From: a virus
Taxonomy: Duplodnaviria > Caudoviricetes
Length of the DNA stretch: 26,726 nucleotides
Virus record (IMG/VR): IMGVR_UViG_3300035670_001089
Coordinates: 1-26,726 of that record
Strand: one strand, 5' to 3'
Both the position numbers and the translations under genes were made by a program. A model generated the notes under the pieces. It was not told the origin of the DNA, made no database searches, and saw only the letters and a program-made list of their open reading frames with translations. Shown in pieces: positions 1 through 7,515 of the stretch; position 1 is the stretch's first letter, and every line of letters begins with the position of its first letter.

Positions 1-2
1 CT

Positions 3-335
3 GGTGGTGGTGGTATTGTAACTAAAGGTGTAATCCAAACCAACAGACGTAATGCATATATCGATAATGCTGATATATTCGTAAGTGGTCACATCCACGA
101 AGCTTGGATAATGGAAACGCCAAAGGAGAGTATTAGCTCGCATGGTACGATACAGCGTAAGAGCGTGATGCACGTGCAGACTGGAACGTACAAAGAAGAA
201 TTTACAGGCTCAGGATGGCACGTAGAACGTGGCGCACCACCTAAGCCGCTCGGTAGCTGGTGGATGAGAATATACAGAGACAGAGTAAGCGAGACGAGAC
301 GATACAGATACGAATTCATTAGAACGGAACAATAG
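3..335 (+). CDS. C-terminal part of a calcineurin-like metallophosphoesterase (5' end outside window)
   Basis: Frame 3 is open from base 3: GGGGIVTKGVIQTNRRNAYIDNADIFVSGHIHEAWIMETPK... It contains the GHxH motif V (SGHIH). The listed 111..335 ORF is only its tail. Confidence 0.7.
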   Translation, partial: GGGGIVTKGVIQTNRRNAYIDNADIFVSGHIHEAWIMETPKESISSHGTIQRKSVMHVQTGTYKEEFTGSGWHVERGAPPKPLGSWWMRIYRDRVSETRRYRYEFIRTEQ

Positions 336-420
336 GGAACCATAGAGTTGGTGGTAGGCGGTGTGACAGCTTCCTACCTCATCCATCGTAGGATGGGAGT
401 GTGATTCATGTGTTAATACA

Positions 421-453
421 AGGCATATCCTTTGATAGGGGTATGCCTTTTTT
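421..453 (+). terminator. Rho-independent terminator
   Basis: AGGCATATCCTT-tgat-AGGGGTATGCCT stem (12 bp with two G-U pairs) followed by TTTTT-ATTTT. Confidence 0.85.
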
Positions 454-545
454 ATTTTCTTGCAGAAGTTTTATAAATCTTATATTTATTAAATAATTAT
501 TTTATTTTTAATAAAAGGTATTTATATTAGTTCAAGTCGGTAACA
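454..545 (+). promoter_or_regulatory. AT-rich early promoter region
   Basis: Almost pure A/T stretch between the terminator and the first early gene, with TATATT boxes at 481-486 and 523-528. Confidence 0.55.
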
Positions 546-560
546 CATAATCACACTATC

Positions 561-746
561 ATGAATAACACAATCACAACAGGTTACGAACAGTACGGCA
601 TTTCCGAACTATTGGAAATGTACAACGAATCAAAGTACATGAGCTTCATGTGCTTGCACACGATGGACAAATCAAACTGGCGCAAATGGTGCAAGATCTG
701 CGCTGAGATTAATTTGACTATACACGTAAAGGAGCAATTACAATGA
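561..746 (+). CDS. hypothetical early protein
   Basis: 61-aa ORF at the start of the operon, ATGA overlap with the next gene. Confidence 0.6.
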   Translation: MNNTITTGYEQYGISELLEMYNESKYMSFMCLHTMDKSNWRKWCKICAEINLTIHVKEQLQ

Positions 747-1150
747 TACATCCTGACGTATACGCACAGCTATCAGCCTTTGCTGAGGCTATCGAGAACG
801 GACAAACAAATCCGCTTACAGCTTACATTGAGCTGTATCAATTCAGCGACCTTATCGATGCAATGATGGAAAAGGTCAAGGAGCAAGCCATAGAAGAACG
901 TAGAAAGTATGGCAATGAAGAAGTTGTCAAGAACGGCTACAAAGTCGAGCTTGGCAAGGGTCGTAGAATATGGCATTACGGTCATAGCAAGCGTTGGAAC
1001 GAGCTTAACGAAAGCCGTAAGATGTACGAGGATCTTATGCAAAAAGCTACTATGGGTGCGCAGATTGCCGATGCCGAGACAGGCGAGATGGTAGAACGTG
1101 CGCAGGTTACTTTCACAAATGACTTTATAAGACTTATCGAGGTAAAATAA
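743..1150 (+). CDS. hypothetical phage protein, recombination-module associated
   Basis: 135 aa, AAGGAG RBS upstream, D-x-ETGE motif near the C-terminus, directly upstream of ERF. Confidence 0.75.
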   Translation: MIHPDVYAQLSAFAEAIENGQTNPLTAYIELYQFSDLIDAMMEKVKEQAIEERRKYGNEEVVKNGYKVELGKGRRIWHYGHSKRWNELNESRKMYEDLMQKATMGAQIADAETGEMVERAQVTFTNDFIRLIEVK

Positions 1151-1151
1151 C

Positions 1152-1811
1152 ATGAGAACATCTGAATCAATCACAAAGATTAGCGCAGCTCTTGTCAAAG
1201 CACAGGGCGAACTTAATGCCGTAAGCAAAGACGGCAACAACCCACACTTCCGAAGCAAGTATGCAACCTTGCAGAATATCGTGGAATCGACACGAGATGT
1301 ACTACGCAAGCATAACCTTGCAGTCGTACAGACCTTTGGCGAAACAGATGGTACGTACATCAATCTTAATACGACACTACTTCACGAGTCAGGCGAATAT
1401 ATTTCAGGCGTATTTACCATGCGTCCAAGCAAGGCAGATCCACAGGGACTTGGATCAGCCACTACATATGCCAGACGCTATGCGCTATCAGCCATTCTTG
1501 GCATTGTAACAGACGAGGATGACGATGGCAATGCAAGTAGTCAATCAAACAGAGATCGTGCGTTAGAGACGAAATATGGAAGCGAGGCGACATCTAACGA
1601 GCTACCGTGGCTTAACGCTGTAGGCAAGAACGGTAACTTCACAGCTACCGGTAACAAGATCATCAAGCGATTCCTTGACGATCCGACTATGGACTGGATT
1701 AAAGTAGCTGAGCATTACCGCATTAGCAAAGAAGATCGTAAGGCTATTGACAATGCTGTTGCAGAAGCTAAGGTGGTATCATCTGCAATACCATCGGAGG
1801 TAGAAGCATGA
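1152..1811 (+). CDS. erf: ERF-family single-strand annealing protein
   Basis: K(D)GNNPHFRSKYA, LHESGEYI and the ERF signature GSATTYARRYALSAILGI..DEDDDG; C-terminal PWLN helical domain. Confidence 0.93.
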   Translation: MRTSESITKISAALVKAQGELNAVSKDGNNPHFRSKYATLQNIVESTRDVLRKHNLAVVQTFGETDGTYINLNTTLLHESGEYISGVFTMRPSKADPQGLGSATTYARRYALSAILGIVTDEDDDGNASSQSNRDRALETKYGSEATSNELPWLNAVGKNGNFTATGNKIIKRFLDDPTMDWIKVAEHYRISKEDRKAIDNAVAEAKVVSSAIPSEVEA

Positions 1812-2008
1812 GATACCTACCTGAAGATCCAAACCGCAAGATAAAGACGACTCGGGTGAGTCGTCTTATCATCCAACGCAGGAAAGATGATACACTACGC
1901 AAGATACAAGTAGTGGAATGCAAGGATATGAGATGGTATCCGACACTTAATACCTATGATGATACAACCCAACAACCAAGAAAAATTGATCATGAAATTT
2001 GTAGATAG
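1808..2008 (+). CDS. hypothetical protein
   Basis: 66 aa, GGAGG RBS, ATGA overlap with erf. Confidence 0.6.
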   Translation: MRYLPEDPNRKIKTTRVSRLIIQRRKDDTLRKIQVVECKDMRWYPTLNTYDDTTQQPRKIDHEICR

Positions 2009-2210
2009 ACCAAAACTGAGACAAGGTAAGTACGATGACATCATTGAAGCCGTGGGCAAGCTATCAAACGATAATGCCCTTGAGCTTAACCAAATCGAAT
2101 ATGATCAGACGATAAGTATACGCACCATGATCTGGGCATATTATGGATCACGCAAATATAGAACCAAGTACGATAAAAACTCAAAGGAACTTATTATATG
2201 GAAACTTTAA
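1992..2210 (+). CDS. hypothetical small basic protein
   Basis: Likely start is the ATG at 1992 (MKFVDRPKLRQGKYDD), which reduces overlap compared with 1956. Confidence 0.6.
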   Translation: MKFVDRPKLRQGKYDDIIEAVGKLSNDNALELNQIEYDQTISIRTMIWAYYGSRKYRTKYDKNSKELIIWKL

Positions 2211-2386
2211 TCGACCTATTCAGAAATCGGTACAGAGTTGTAAAGATTGAGAACATCTACTTTGTACAGAAAAAGCGAGGCATCTTGCCTTGGACAAACA
2301 AGTACATTAGCACAGACAAGGAACGTGCAATGTATAGCTTCAGAATACTCACAGGGACACGTGAGATCATAGCGGAGGCATTATGA
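2198..2386 (+). CDS. hypothetical protein
   Basis: 62 aa, tightly packed, AAGGA upstream. Confidence 0.6.
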   Translation: METLIDLFRNRYRVVKIENIYFVQKKRGILPWTNKYISTDKERAMYSFRILTGTREIIAEAL

Positions 2387-2637
2387 ATAGCTATGATAAA
2401 ACACGCAAAGCAAATGTTGATGCCTTGCGGTATCTTAACAAGCAATTGACACGTGCCAGTATTATTGTGCTGGAAAATAAGCACGATATGCCAGAGCATT
2501 GGGACTTTGAGGACATAGACGAAGCTCTTGATATTGTGAGAGAATTTTTTGCCGAGATGGAGACCATGTACGAGCTTGACATCGAGGCTTTTATGCAGGA
2601 AACATTACAAACAAAACTAAGCCACATAACACTATGA
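2383..2637 (+). CDS. hypothetical protein
   Basis: 84 aa, GGAGG RBS, ATGA overlap. Confidence 0.65.
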   Translation: MNSYDKTRKANVDALRYLNKQLTRASIIVLENKHDMPEHWDFEDIDEALDIVREFFAEMETMYELDIEAFMQETLQTKLSHITL

Positions 2638-2930
2638 AACGACCAGAACTAAACAAGATCAATCTAAAAGAAGACAAATACCGCAAAAGCGATAAGCATC
2701 CATCACACAAAGGCGTTGTCGATATTGACGGCACGTACTACTGGGTATCCGGATGGTTCAACGATGGCGAATGGGGTACTTACTTTAAGGGTGACTTCAA
2801 AGCTGTAACCGATGAAGAAATGGCAAAGTACTTCAGCGATGAGCCGCAAAGCGTACCAGCAGCAAAGCCGGTAAGCAGACCAAGACCGGTCATGGTTGAT
2901 GATGACATATCAGACGAACTTCCATTCTAA
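2634..2930 (+). CDS. putative phage single-stranded DNA-binding protein
   Basis: Small beta-rich N-terminus (KSDKHPSHKG..YWVSGW), Pro-rich linker and acidic SSB-type tail DDDISDELPF. Confidence 0.7.
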   Translation: MKRPELNKINLKEDKYRKSDKHPSHKGVVDIDGTYYWVSGWFNDGEWGTYFKGDFKAVTDEEMAKYFSDEPQSVPAAKPVSRPRPVMVDDDISDELPF

Positions 2931-2940
2931 GGAGTAAGCC

Positions 2941-3264
2941 ATGAATCATATTTTAGAATTTAAAAAACAAGCTGAAGAACTAAATAAACTTTTAGAGAAT
3001 AACGATGATAAGATGAAGAAAATCTTTGATAGATACGACAAACTTGAAAAAGATTTAGATCTTAAAAGCGTTAAACATCAAAACAAATGGCTGTTAGAAC
3101 AGCTAATAGTTGGGCGTAAGATTAGCTCCTACGAAGCTACGCAGCACGGTATACTTAGACTTGCTGCACGTATGTACGACCTACGAAAAAAGGGTCACGA
3201 TATCAAGTCTATAACGGCACGAGATGGGTCTAAGTCTTGGGCTGTTTACTATTTGCAAAAATAA
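2941..3264 (+). CDS. helix-turn-helix DNA-binding protein (HTH_39-like) with N-terminal coiled coil
   Basis: GRKISSYEA..HGILRLAARMYDLRKKGHDI..WAVYYL pattern; AAGGAG RBS. Confidence 0.75.
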   Translation: MNHILEFKKQAEELNKLLENNDDKMKKIFDRYDKLEKDLDLKSVKHQNKWLLEQLIVGRKISSYEATQHGILRLAARMYDLRKKGHDIKSITARDGSKSWAVYYLQK

Positions 3265-3332
3265 CGACAAAGGTGCAGGATAATGACAATAAGCCATTTA
3301 CGACAACCTGCCCCGATGTTGCTCAACAGACG

Positions 3333-3347
3333 GTTACAATTTGTAAC
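3333..3347. promoter_or_regulatory. perfect palindrome GTTACAA-T-TTGTAAC, candidate operator
   Basis: 7-1-7 inverted repeat just upstream of a TATCTTTA box (3355-3362) that precedes the tRNA. Confidence 0.5.
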
Positions 3348-3371
3348 GCTTTCGTATCTTTAGATATGGCA

Positions 3372-3462
3372 TCTCTCGTGGTGTAAGTGCGAATAAATAG
3401 CACCTTTGGGTAACAACCTAATTTTTAGTTAGGGGATGCAGGTTCGAATCCTGCCGAGAGAT
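3372..3462 (+). tRNA. atypical tRNA or tRNA-like RNA, anticodon UUU (Lys), with an enlarged D region
   Basis: Acceptor stem TCTCTCG/CGAGAGA; T arm GCAGG-TTCGAAT-CCTGC; anticodon arm CCTAA-TTTTTAG-TTAGG; 4-nt variable loop; about 15-20 extra nt in the D region; no encoded CCA. Confidence 0.75.
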
Positions 3463-3492
3463 CAAGTATTACTTGACATCACAATTTGTGAT
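3462..3492. repeat. two adjacent perfect palindromes TCAAGTA-T-TACTTGA and ATCACAA-T-TTGTGAT
   Basis: Seen directly at 3462-3476 and 3478-3492. Confidence 0.7.
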
Positions 3493-3516
3493 AACAACGA
3501 TAACACATATAACACT

Positions 3517-3783
3517 ATGGCAAACAGAGTACAGCACCTTTGGAACATGAGAGACACGGAGCTACGTATCAATAAACTTGATGCTGGATGCAAAACGATA
3601 GAAGAAGCTATTAAAATGTACGAGCATATTCCAAAGCGAAGAGTATCAATAAGTTACAAGAATAGAAGCATGGGTAGGGTTATCCGAATATGTGATCCAC
3701 AGCTATTCAATACGCTTCATCAAAGATGGGCAGAAGAACATAGCAGAAATGGAAACGTAATGAGCAAGATGTATGAAGTTTAG
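3517..3783 (+). CDS. hypothetical protein
   Basis: Likely start is the ATG at 3517 (MANRVQHL); the listed 3436 start lies inside the tRNA. Confidence 0.6.
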   Translation: MANRVQHLWNMRDTELRINKLDAGCKTIEEAIKMYEHIPKRRVSISYKNRSMGRVIRICDPQLFNTLHQRWAEEHSRNGNVMSKMYEV

Positions 3784-4117
3784 CGAATCAAAACTACAGT
3801 CTGAATGCGTCAAATGGTTCAGACTACAGTATCCTAATGTGACCATCTTTGCTATTCCAAATGGTGGCAACCGTGACGCTATTACAGGTGCGATTATGAA
3901 ACGTGAAGGTGCGCTGGCTGGAGTAGCCGATCTTTTTATTATGAAGCCATCCAGTAGCTATTGTGGGCTTTTTATTGAGATGAAGGCAGGTAAAGGAAAG
4001 CAGAGCGAAAAGCAGGCAGAGTTTCAGCAAAAAGCAATAGCAGCAGGTTATCAATACAAGGTCATCACATCACTTGATCAATTTGTTAAAGATATAAAGG
4101 AGTACTTATATGAGTAA
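3773..4117 (+). CDS. VRR-NUC domain nuclease (putative Holliday-junction resolvase)
   Basis: ESKLQ..CVKWF, FAIPNGG, G.LAGVADL, FIEMK, QSEKQ: the PD-(D/E)xK VRR-NUC pattern. Confidence 0.9.
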   Translation: MKFSESKLQSECVKWFRLQYPNVTIFAIPNGGNRDAITGAIMKREGALAGVADLFIMKPSSSYCGLFIEMKAGKGKQSEKQAEFQQKAIAAGYQYKVITSLDQFVKDIKEYLYE

Positions 4118-4277
4118 AGATAGAACTGTAACCGACTGGTTGGACGTGATCACGGCCATCTACATTGAAGTCTACGGTACAGACGTGGACTACATAGAAG
4201 AGATTGAAGACTTTATTGATGAAGATGTTGATCTAAAAAGCATACTTAGCAACAAAAAATTGCACATTATCAACTAA
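4110..4277 (+). CDS. small acidic hypothetical protein (55 aa, absent from the ORF track)
   Basis: ATG at 4110 with AAGGAG at 4097-4102; MSKDRTVTDWLDVITAIYIEVYGTDVDYIEEIEDFIDEDVDLKSILSNKKLHIIN*. Confidence 0.65.
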   Translation: MSKDRTVTDWLDVITAIYIEVYGTDVDYIEEIEDFIDEDVDLKSILSNKKLHIIN

Positions 4278-4291
4278 AAATCGTATATTAC
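4260..4291 (+). promoter_or_regulatory. putative promoter for the replication operon
   Basis: TTGCAC (4260-4265) - 18 nt - TATATT (4284-4289), immediately 5' of a structured leader. Confidence 0.5.
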
Positions 4292-4296
4292 AATGT

Positions 4297-4404
4297 ACCA
4301 TCGTGAAGGAAGTGCAGAACCTTGACGATTGTTTACTAATCGACCCAAAGCCCATTTCTGGCAATGCGATCTGCACCGCACCCAGAGATGGGTTTTTTAT
4401 TTTT
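4297..4404 (+). ncRNA. structured cis-regulatory leader: two hairpins with complementary loops, the second terminator-like
   Basis: Hairpin 1: ATCGTGAAGG/CCTTGACGAT, loop AAGTGCAGAA. Hairpin 2: CCCATTTCTGG/CCAGAGATGGG plus U tract, loop ATCTGCAC. GTGCAGA is the exact reverse complement of TCTGCAC. Confidence 0.7.
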
Positions 4405-4410
4405 ACCAAT

Positions 4411-5196
4411 ATGAGCAAAAATCGATACATAAATACCAAATTCTGGGACGATGATTACATAGCTGAATTAGAACCATTAAGCAAACTTGTTTTTATCTAC
4501 TTACTGACAAACGCCAACACAAACATAGCTGGCGTATACGAAATTACGATCAAAAGAATAGCTTACGATACCGGAATAGATAGAGAATACGTAAAAGAGA
4601 TAATTAGCCAACTTAAGCAGGACGGCAAAATAGATCGTGAAGGCGACTACATAGCACTTGCTAACTTTTTTAAGCACCAAGACTACAAAGGCAAACGACT
4701 TGAAGGTGCAAAGCAGATCATAAACTGCCTTCCAGAAGCTGTAAAACAGATGTCTTGCGTTATCGAAATGCAATATCATATCGATACCCTATGTAAAAAT
4801 GAAGATCCTAAACAAGAAAAAGATGATACAGTATCTATAGGGTATGGATACAGTATCGATACAATATCCCCTAATTATAATTCTAATTCTAATTCAAATG
4901 TTAAAAAACCTATTATTAATAATAAGCAAGAAGAAAATTTTGCAAGACCAAAAAGCCGTAAAGATCAGGAGCTATTAGAATTTTTTATTAATAATGGATC
5001 TACGCATATTGAAGCTGAAAGATTCTTTGACCATTATGACAGCCAGAATTGGATGAAGGCAAACAATATGCCTATCAGCAGCTGGCATTCGGCCGCATCT
5101 GCATGGATTAGTAAATCAATACATGATCCTACATTGCGAAAAAAGAACGAAGATCCGGATGAGGAAGCAAGAAGACTTTATGGAGTCAAACTATGA
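4411..5196 (+). CDS. phage replication initiator (replisome organizer, N-terminal winged HTH)
   Basis: RYINTKFWDD..LVFIYLLTN..AGVYEITIKRIAYDTG N-domain; C-domain AERFFDHYDSQNW..W.SAA.AW; upstream of DnaB; internal iterons. True start is likely the ATG at 4411. Confidence 0.85.
   Translation: MSKNRYINTKFWDDDYIAELEPLSKLVFIYLLTNANTNIAGVYEITIKRIAYDTGIDREYVKEIISQLKQDGKIDREGDYIALANFFKHQDYKGKRLEGAKQIINCLPEAVKQMSCVIEMQYHIDTLCKNEDPKQEKDDTVSIGYGYSIDTISPNYNSNSNSNVKKPIINNKQEENFARPKSRKDQELLEFFINNGSTHIEAERFFDHYDSQNWMKANNMPISSWHSAASAWISKSIHDPTLRKKNEDPDEEARRLYGVKL
4783..4925. repeat. putative replication origin: 11-bp iterons plus AT-rich unwinding element
   Basis: Tandem GATACAGTATC/TATAGGGTATG/GATACAGTATC/GATACAATATC (4825-4868), related copy GATACCCTATG (4783-4793), then TAATTC repeats and an AT-rich tract (4872-4925). 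Confidence 0.75.
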
Positions 5197-6503
5197 TTGA
5201 CACACGACATCATGAATACGCTATTATTGGATCAATGCTTGCCTACAGAGGCGATAGCATACTCGATGCAATGGATAGCCTAAGCGATAAGCATTTTAAC
5301 AGCTTACCGGCACGTACGATATTTCAAGCTTTTATTAAGCTACAGAGTGGCAACTTAGAAATGCCATCGGATGTGGATGTACTGGCCTATCTAAACAATA
5401 CACGATCAGAGGTACAAAGCCAAGATATATCCGAGATATTACGATCAGCAACGCCTAATCATCTTTACCACATTGAGGCATTGATTGACGCATACGAGCG
5501 TATACAGATGCGCAAGACAACGCTAACGTATACACAGAAGCTGGAAAGCCAGGAGCATACAAGCCGTGAGTTATCAGAGATGATAATATCCGAGATAATG
5601 GAAGCAGTTGATGTTAATACGTCAAGCTCAAAGCATATATCCGAGATAGCAGCTATTGTGGCCGATACCACAAAGCTAAGTCCATCGATAAAAACAGGAT
5701 TTTACGATCTTGACAATCTCACATCTGGAATATATCCAAAGGAGTATATCGTCATTGGAGCAAGACCATCAACCGGTAAAACAGCGTTAATGATAAACAT
5801 GGCATACAACATAGCCAGTCAAGGTATACCGGTTGGTATATTCTCTCTGGAGATGCCATCGGAGTCGATTATTACAAGAATGATTTGCGGGCTTGCTAAC
5901 GTGCAGATGACGAATAAACTTGAAGGCAAGCTAACGCCACATCAAGAGCAGCGCATCAAAGAAATATCCGCACAGGTGTCAAATCTACCAATATACATTA
6001 ATGATGACTCGGCACCTACGGCATCAATGATACGATCAACCTGCCGAAAATGGACAAGACAGAATCATGTACAAGTTATCTTTCTGGATTACATCACAAA
6101 GATAGCAGCCGGTGATGGAAAGAAGTCAGACACAAGGGAACGTGAAGTATCACGTATATCAACATCGCTAAAAGACACGGCAAAAGATCTTGGTATATCT
6201 TTTGTTGCTATGTCGCAGCTATCACGACTATCCGAACAGCGTCAAGACCGCAGACCTGTTTCAGCAGACCTACGTGACTCCGGACAGATCGAGCAAGACG
6301 CAGACAAGATCATCCTACTGCATAAGCCAGGCATTGGTAAATCTACGCTTTCCGGTAAAGATGGATCGAAGTATATCGAGCTTTTAGTATCTAAGAACAG
6401 GAACGGACGTATTGGTGCTTGTGAGTTGTATTACGATGCAGAAGCAATGACGTTCAGAAACATCAACAACAATCCAACATACGAAAATGAGCCAATCTTT
6501 TAA
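5193..6503 (+). CDS. dnaB: replicative DNA helicase, DnaB family
   Basis: Walker A GARPSTGKT, FSLEM, FLDY, SQLSR, DLRDSGQIEQDAD, KNRNG. Confidence 0.96.
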   Translation: MIDTRHHEYAIIGSMLAYRGDSILDAMDSLSDKHFNSLPARTIFQAFIKLQSGNLEMPSDVDVLAYLNNTRSEVQSQDISEILRSATPNHLYHIEALIDAYERIQMRKTTLTYTQKLESQEHTSRELSEMIISEIMEAVDVNTSSSKHISEIAAIVADTTKLSPSIKTGFYDLDNLTSGIYPKEYIVIGARPSTGKTALMINMAYNIASQGIPVGIFSLEMPSESIITRMICGLANVQMTNKLEGKLTPHQEQRIKEISAQVSNLPIYINDDSAPTASMIRSTCRKWTRQNHVQVIFLDYITKIAAGDGKKSDTREREVSRISTSLKDTAKDLGISFVAMSQLSRLSEQRQDRRPVSADLRDSGQIEQDADKIILLHKPGIGKSTLSGKDGSKYIELLVSKNRNGRIGACELYYDAEAMTFRNINNNPTYENEPIF

Positions 6504-6603
6504 CCAAGCAATGCGTATCGTAAACGCAAGACTAAAACGCTACGAGATACGTGATCGCATTAACGAGCATGATCCAAGCAAACGTGAGCCGATTAAACCT
6601 TAA
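6487..6603 (+). CDS. small hypothetical protein (38 aa, absent from the ORF track)
   Basis: MSQSFNQAMRIVNARLKRYEIRDRINEHDPSKREPIKP* fills the dnaB-6621 gap. Confidence 0.4.
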   Translation: MSQSFNQAMRIVNARLKRYEIRDRINEHDPSKREPIKP

Positions 6604-6620
6604 CAAACAGCTCAAGACAA

Positions 6621-7082
6621 ATGACAGTACAATTAGATTCATTTGAGATTGAAGTATGCCAATACATAGGCAGGCGTAGATCCGAAGTATCAAGATCGAC
6701 TTACACCAAAGTAACCAAAATAGGCGCACAAGATACTGTCGAATCAGATATACAAGGATTCATGGCAGAGTATGCTTTTGCTAAGTATCTGAACGTATTC
6801 CCAGACTTTACGCTTAATCCGAGAAGTGGAGGATATGATGGCATTACGACAAAAGGCGCACGATATGACATTAAGTCAACAAAGAACAAGAAAGGCAATC
6901 TTCTTTCTACGCTAAAAGCAAACAATGATGTTGACATCTACGTATTAGCCTATGTTGATGACGATAGTGTAGAATTTATTGGATGGGCAAGAAAGGATGA
7001 ACTAATACGTGAAGACAATATCAAAGACTTAGGACGTGGTAAAGGTTATTTCCTAAGTAAAGATAAACTACGATCATTTTAA
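6621..7082 (+). CDS. hypothetical protein, possible PD-(D/E)xK nuclease fold
   Basis: G.MAE..F helix followed by GYDG...YDIKS, compatible with an E..PD..(D/E)xK active site. Confidence 0.6.
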   Translation: MTVQLDSFEIEVCQYIGRRRSEVSRSTYTKVTKIGAQDTVESDIQGFMAEYAFAKYLNVFPDFTLNPRSGGYDGITTKGARYDIKSTKNKKGNLLSTLKANNDVDIYVLAYVDDDSVEFIGWARKDELIREDNIKDLGRGKGYFLSKDKLRSF

Positions 7083-7113
7083 CGAATCAAATAAAATTTC
7101 ATATATTCCAAGC

Positions 7114-7515
7114 ATGGGAAATAAATCTACCTGCATACCAAGCGTACAAGATGAGATCTGTGAATGGATAGCATCCGGTAAATCGCTACGTTCATACTGC
7201 GCACAAGATGGCAAGACACCGTTCAGAACAGTACTGCAATGGTTAAGTGATGATGCGAATGAAGATTTCCGCACCAAGTACGCGCGCGCAAGAGAGCTAC
7301 AAGCCGAAGTTATGGCTGATGAGCTTATGGATATTGCAGATAAAGACAAGCCTGATCAGCTTGTCCTGCAACATGATAAGATGAAGATTGAGACAAGGCA
7401 GTGGATAGCCTCGAAGCTATTGCCTAAGAAGTACGGCAACAAGCTCGAATATGAAGACGTAAGCAAACAACAACGCAAGCTGGTTATCATTACAAGTGAT
7501 AAAGACATCGAATGA
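7114..7515 (+). CDS. terS: terminase small subunit (Sf6 gp1-like)
   Basis: ICEWIASGKSLRSYC..TVLQWL..F..KYARARE.QAE..ADEL.DIAD..IETRQW.ASKL.PKKYG. Confidence 0.9.
   Translation: MGNKSTCIPSVQDEICEWIASGKSLRSYCAQDGKTPFRTVLQWLSDDANEDFRTKYARARELQAEVMADELMDIADKDKPDQLVLQHDKMKIETRQWIASKLLPKKYGNKLEYEDVSKQQRKLVIITSDKDIE

Noticed and set aside
773-1363. 196-aa minus-strand ORF and the other antisense ORFs (for example 13000..13521, 9869..10246)
   Set aside because: They lie opposite well-supported + strand genes and show no recognisable motifs.
3417-3433. Ochre suppressor (UUA) or Gln (UUG) reading of the tRNA, implying stop-codon recoding
   Set aside because: The only good 5-bp stem with a 7-nt loop centres on TTT; CTTTGGG has no flanking stem; genes are intact in code 11 with TAA and TGA as normal stops.
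3473-3505. TTGACA as a sigma70 -35 box
   Set aside because: No acceptable -10 element at 16-18 nt spacing; the hexamer arises from the palindrome junction.
3436-3516. ORF start inside the tRNA
   Set aside because: Overlaps the T arm and the palindromes; ATG 3517 is more plausible.
4303-4410. N-terminal extension of the initiator from GTG 4303
   Set aside because: Runs through the structured leader and terminator; the recognisable domain starts at ATG 4411.
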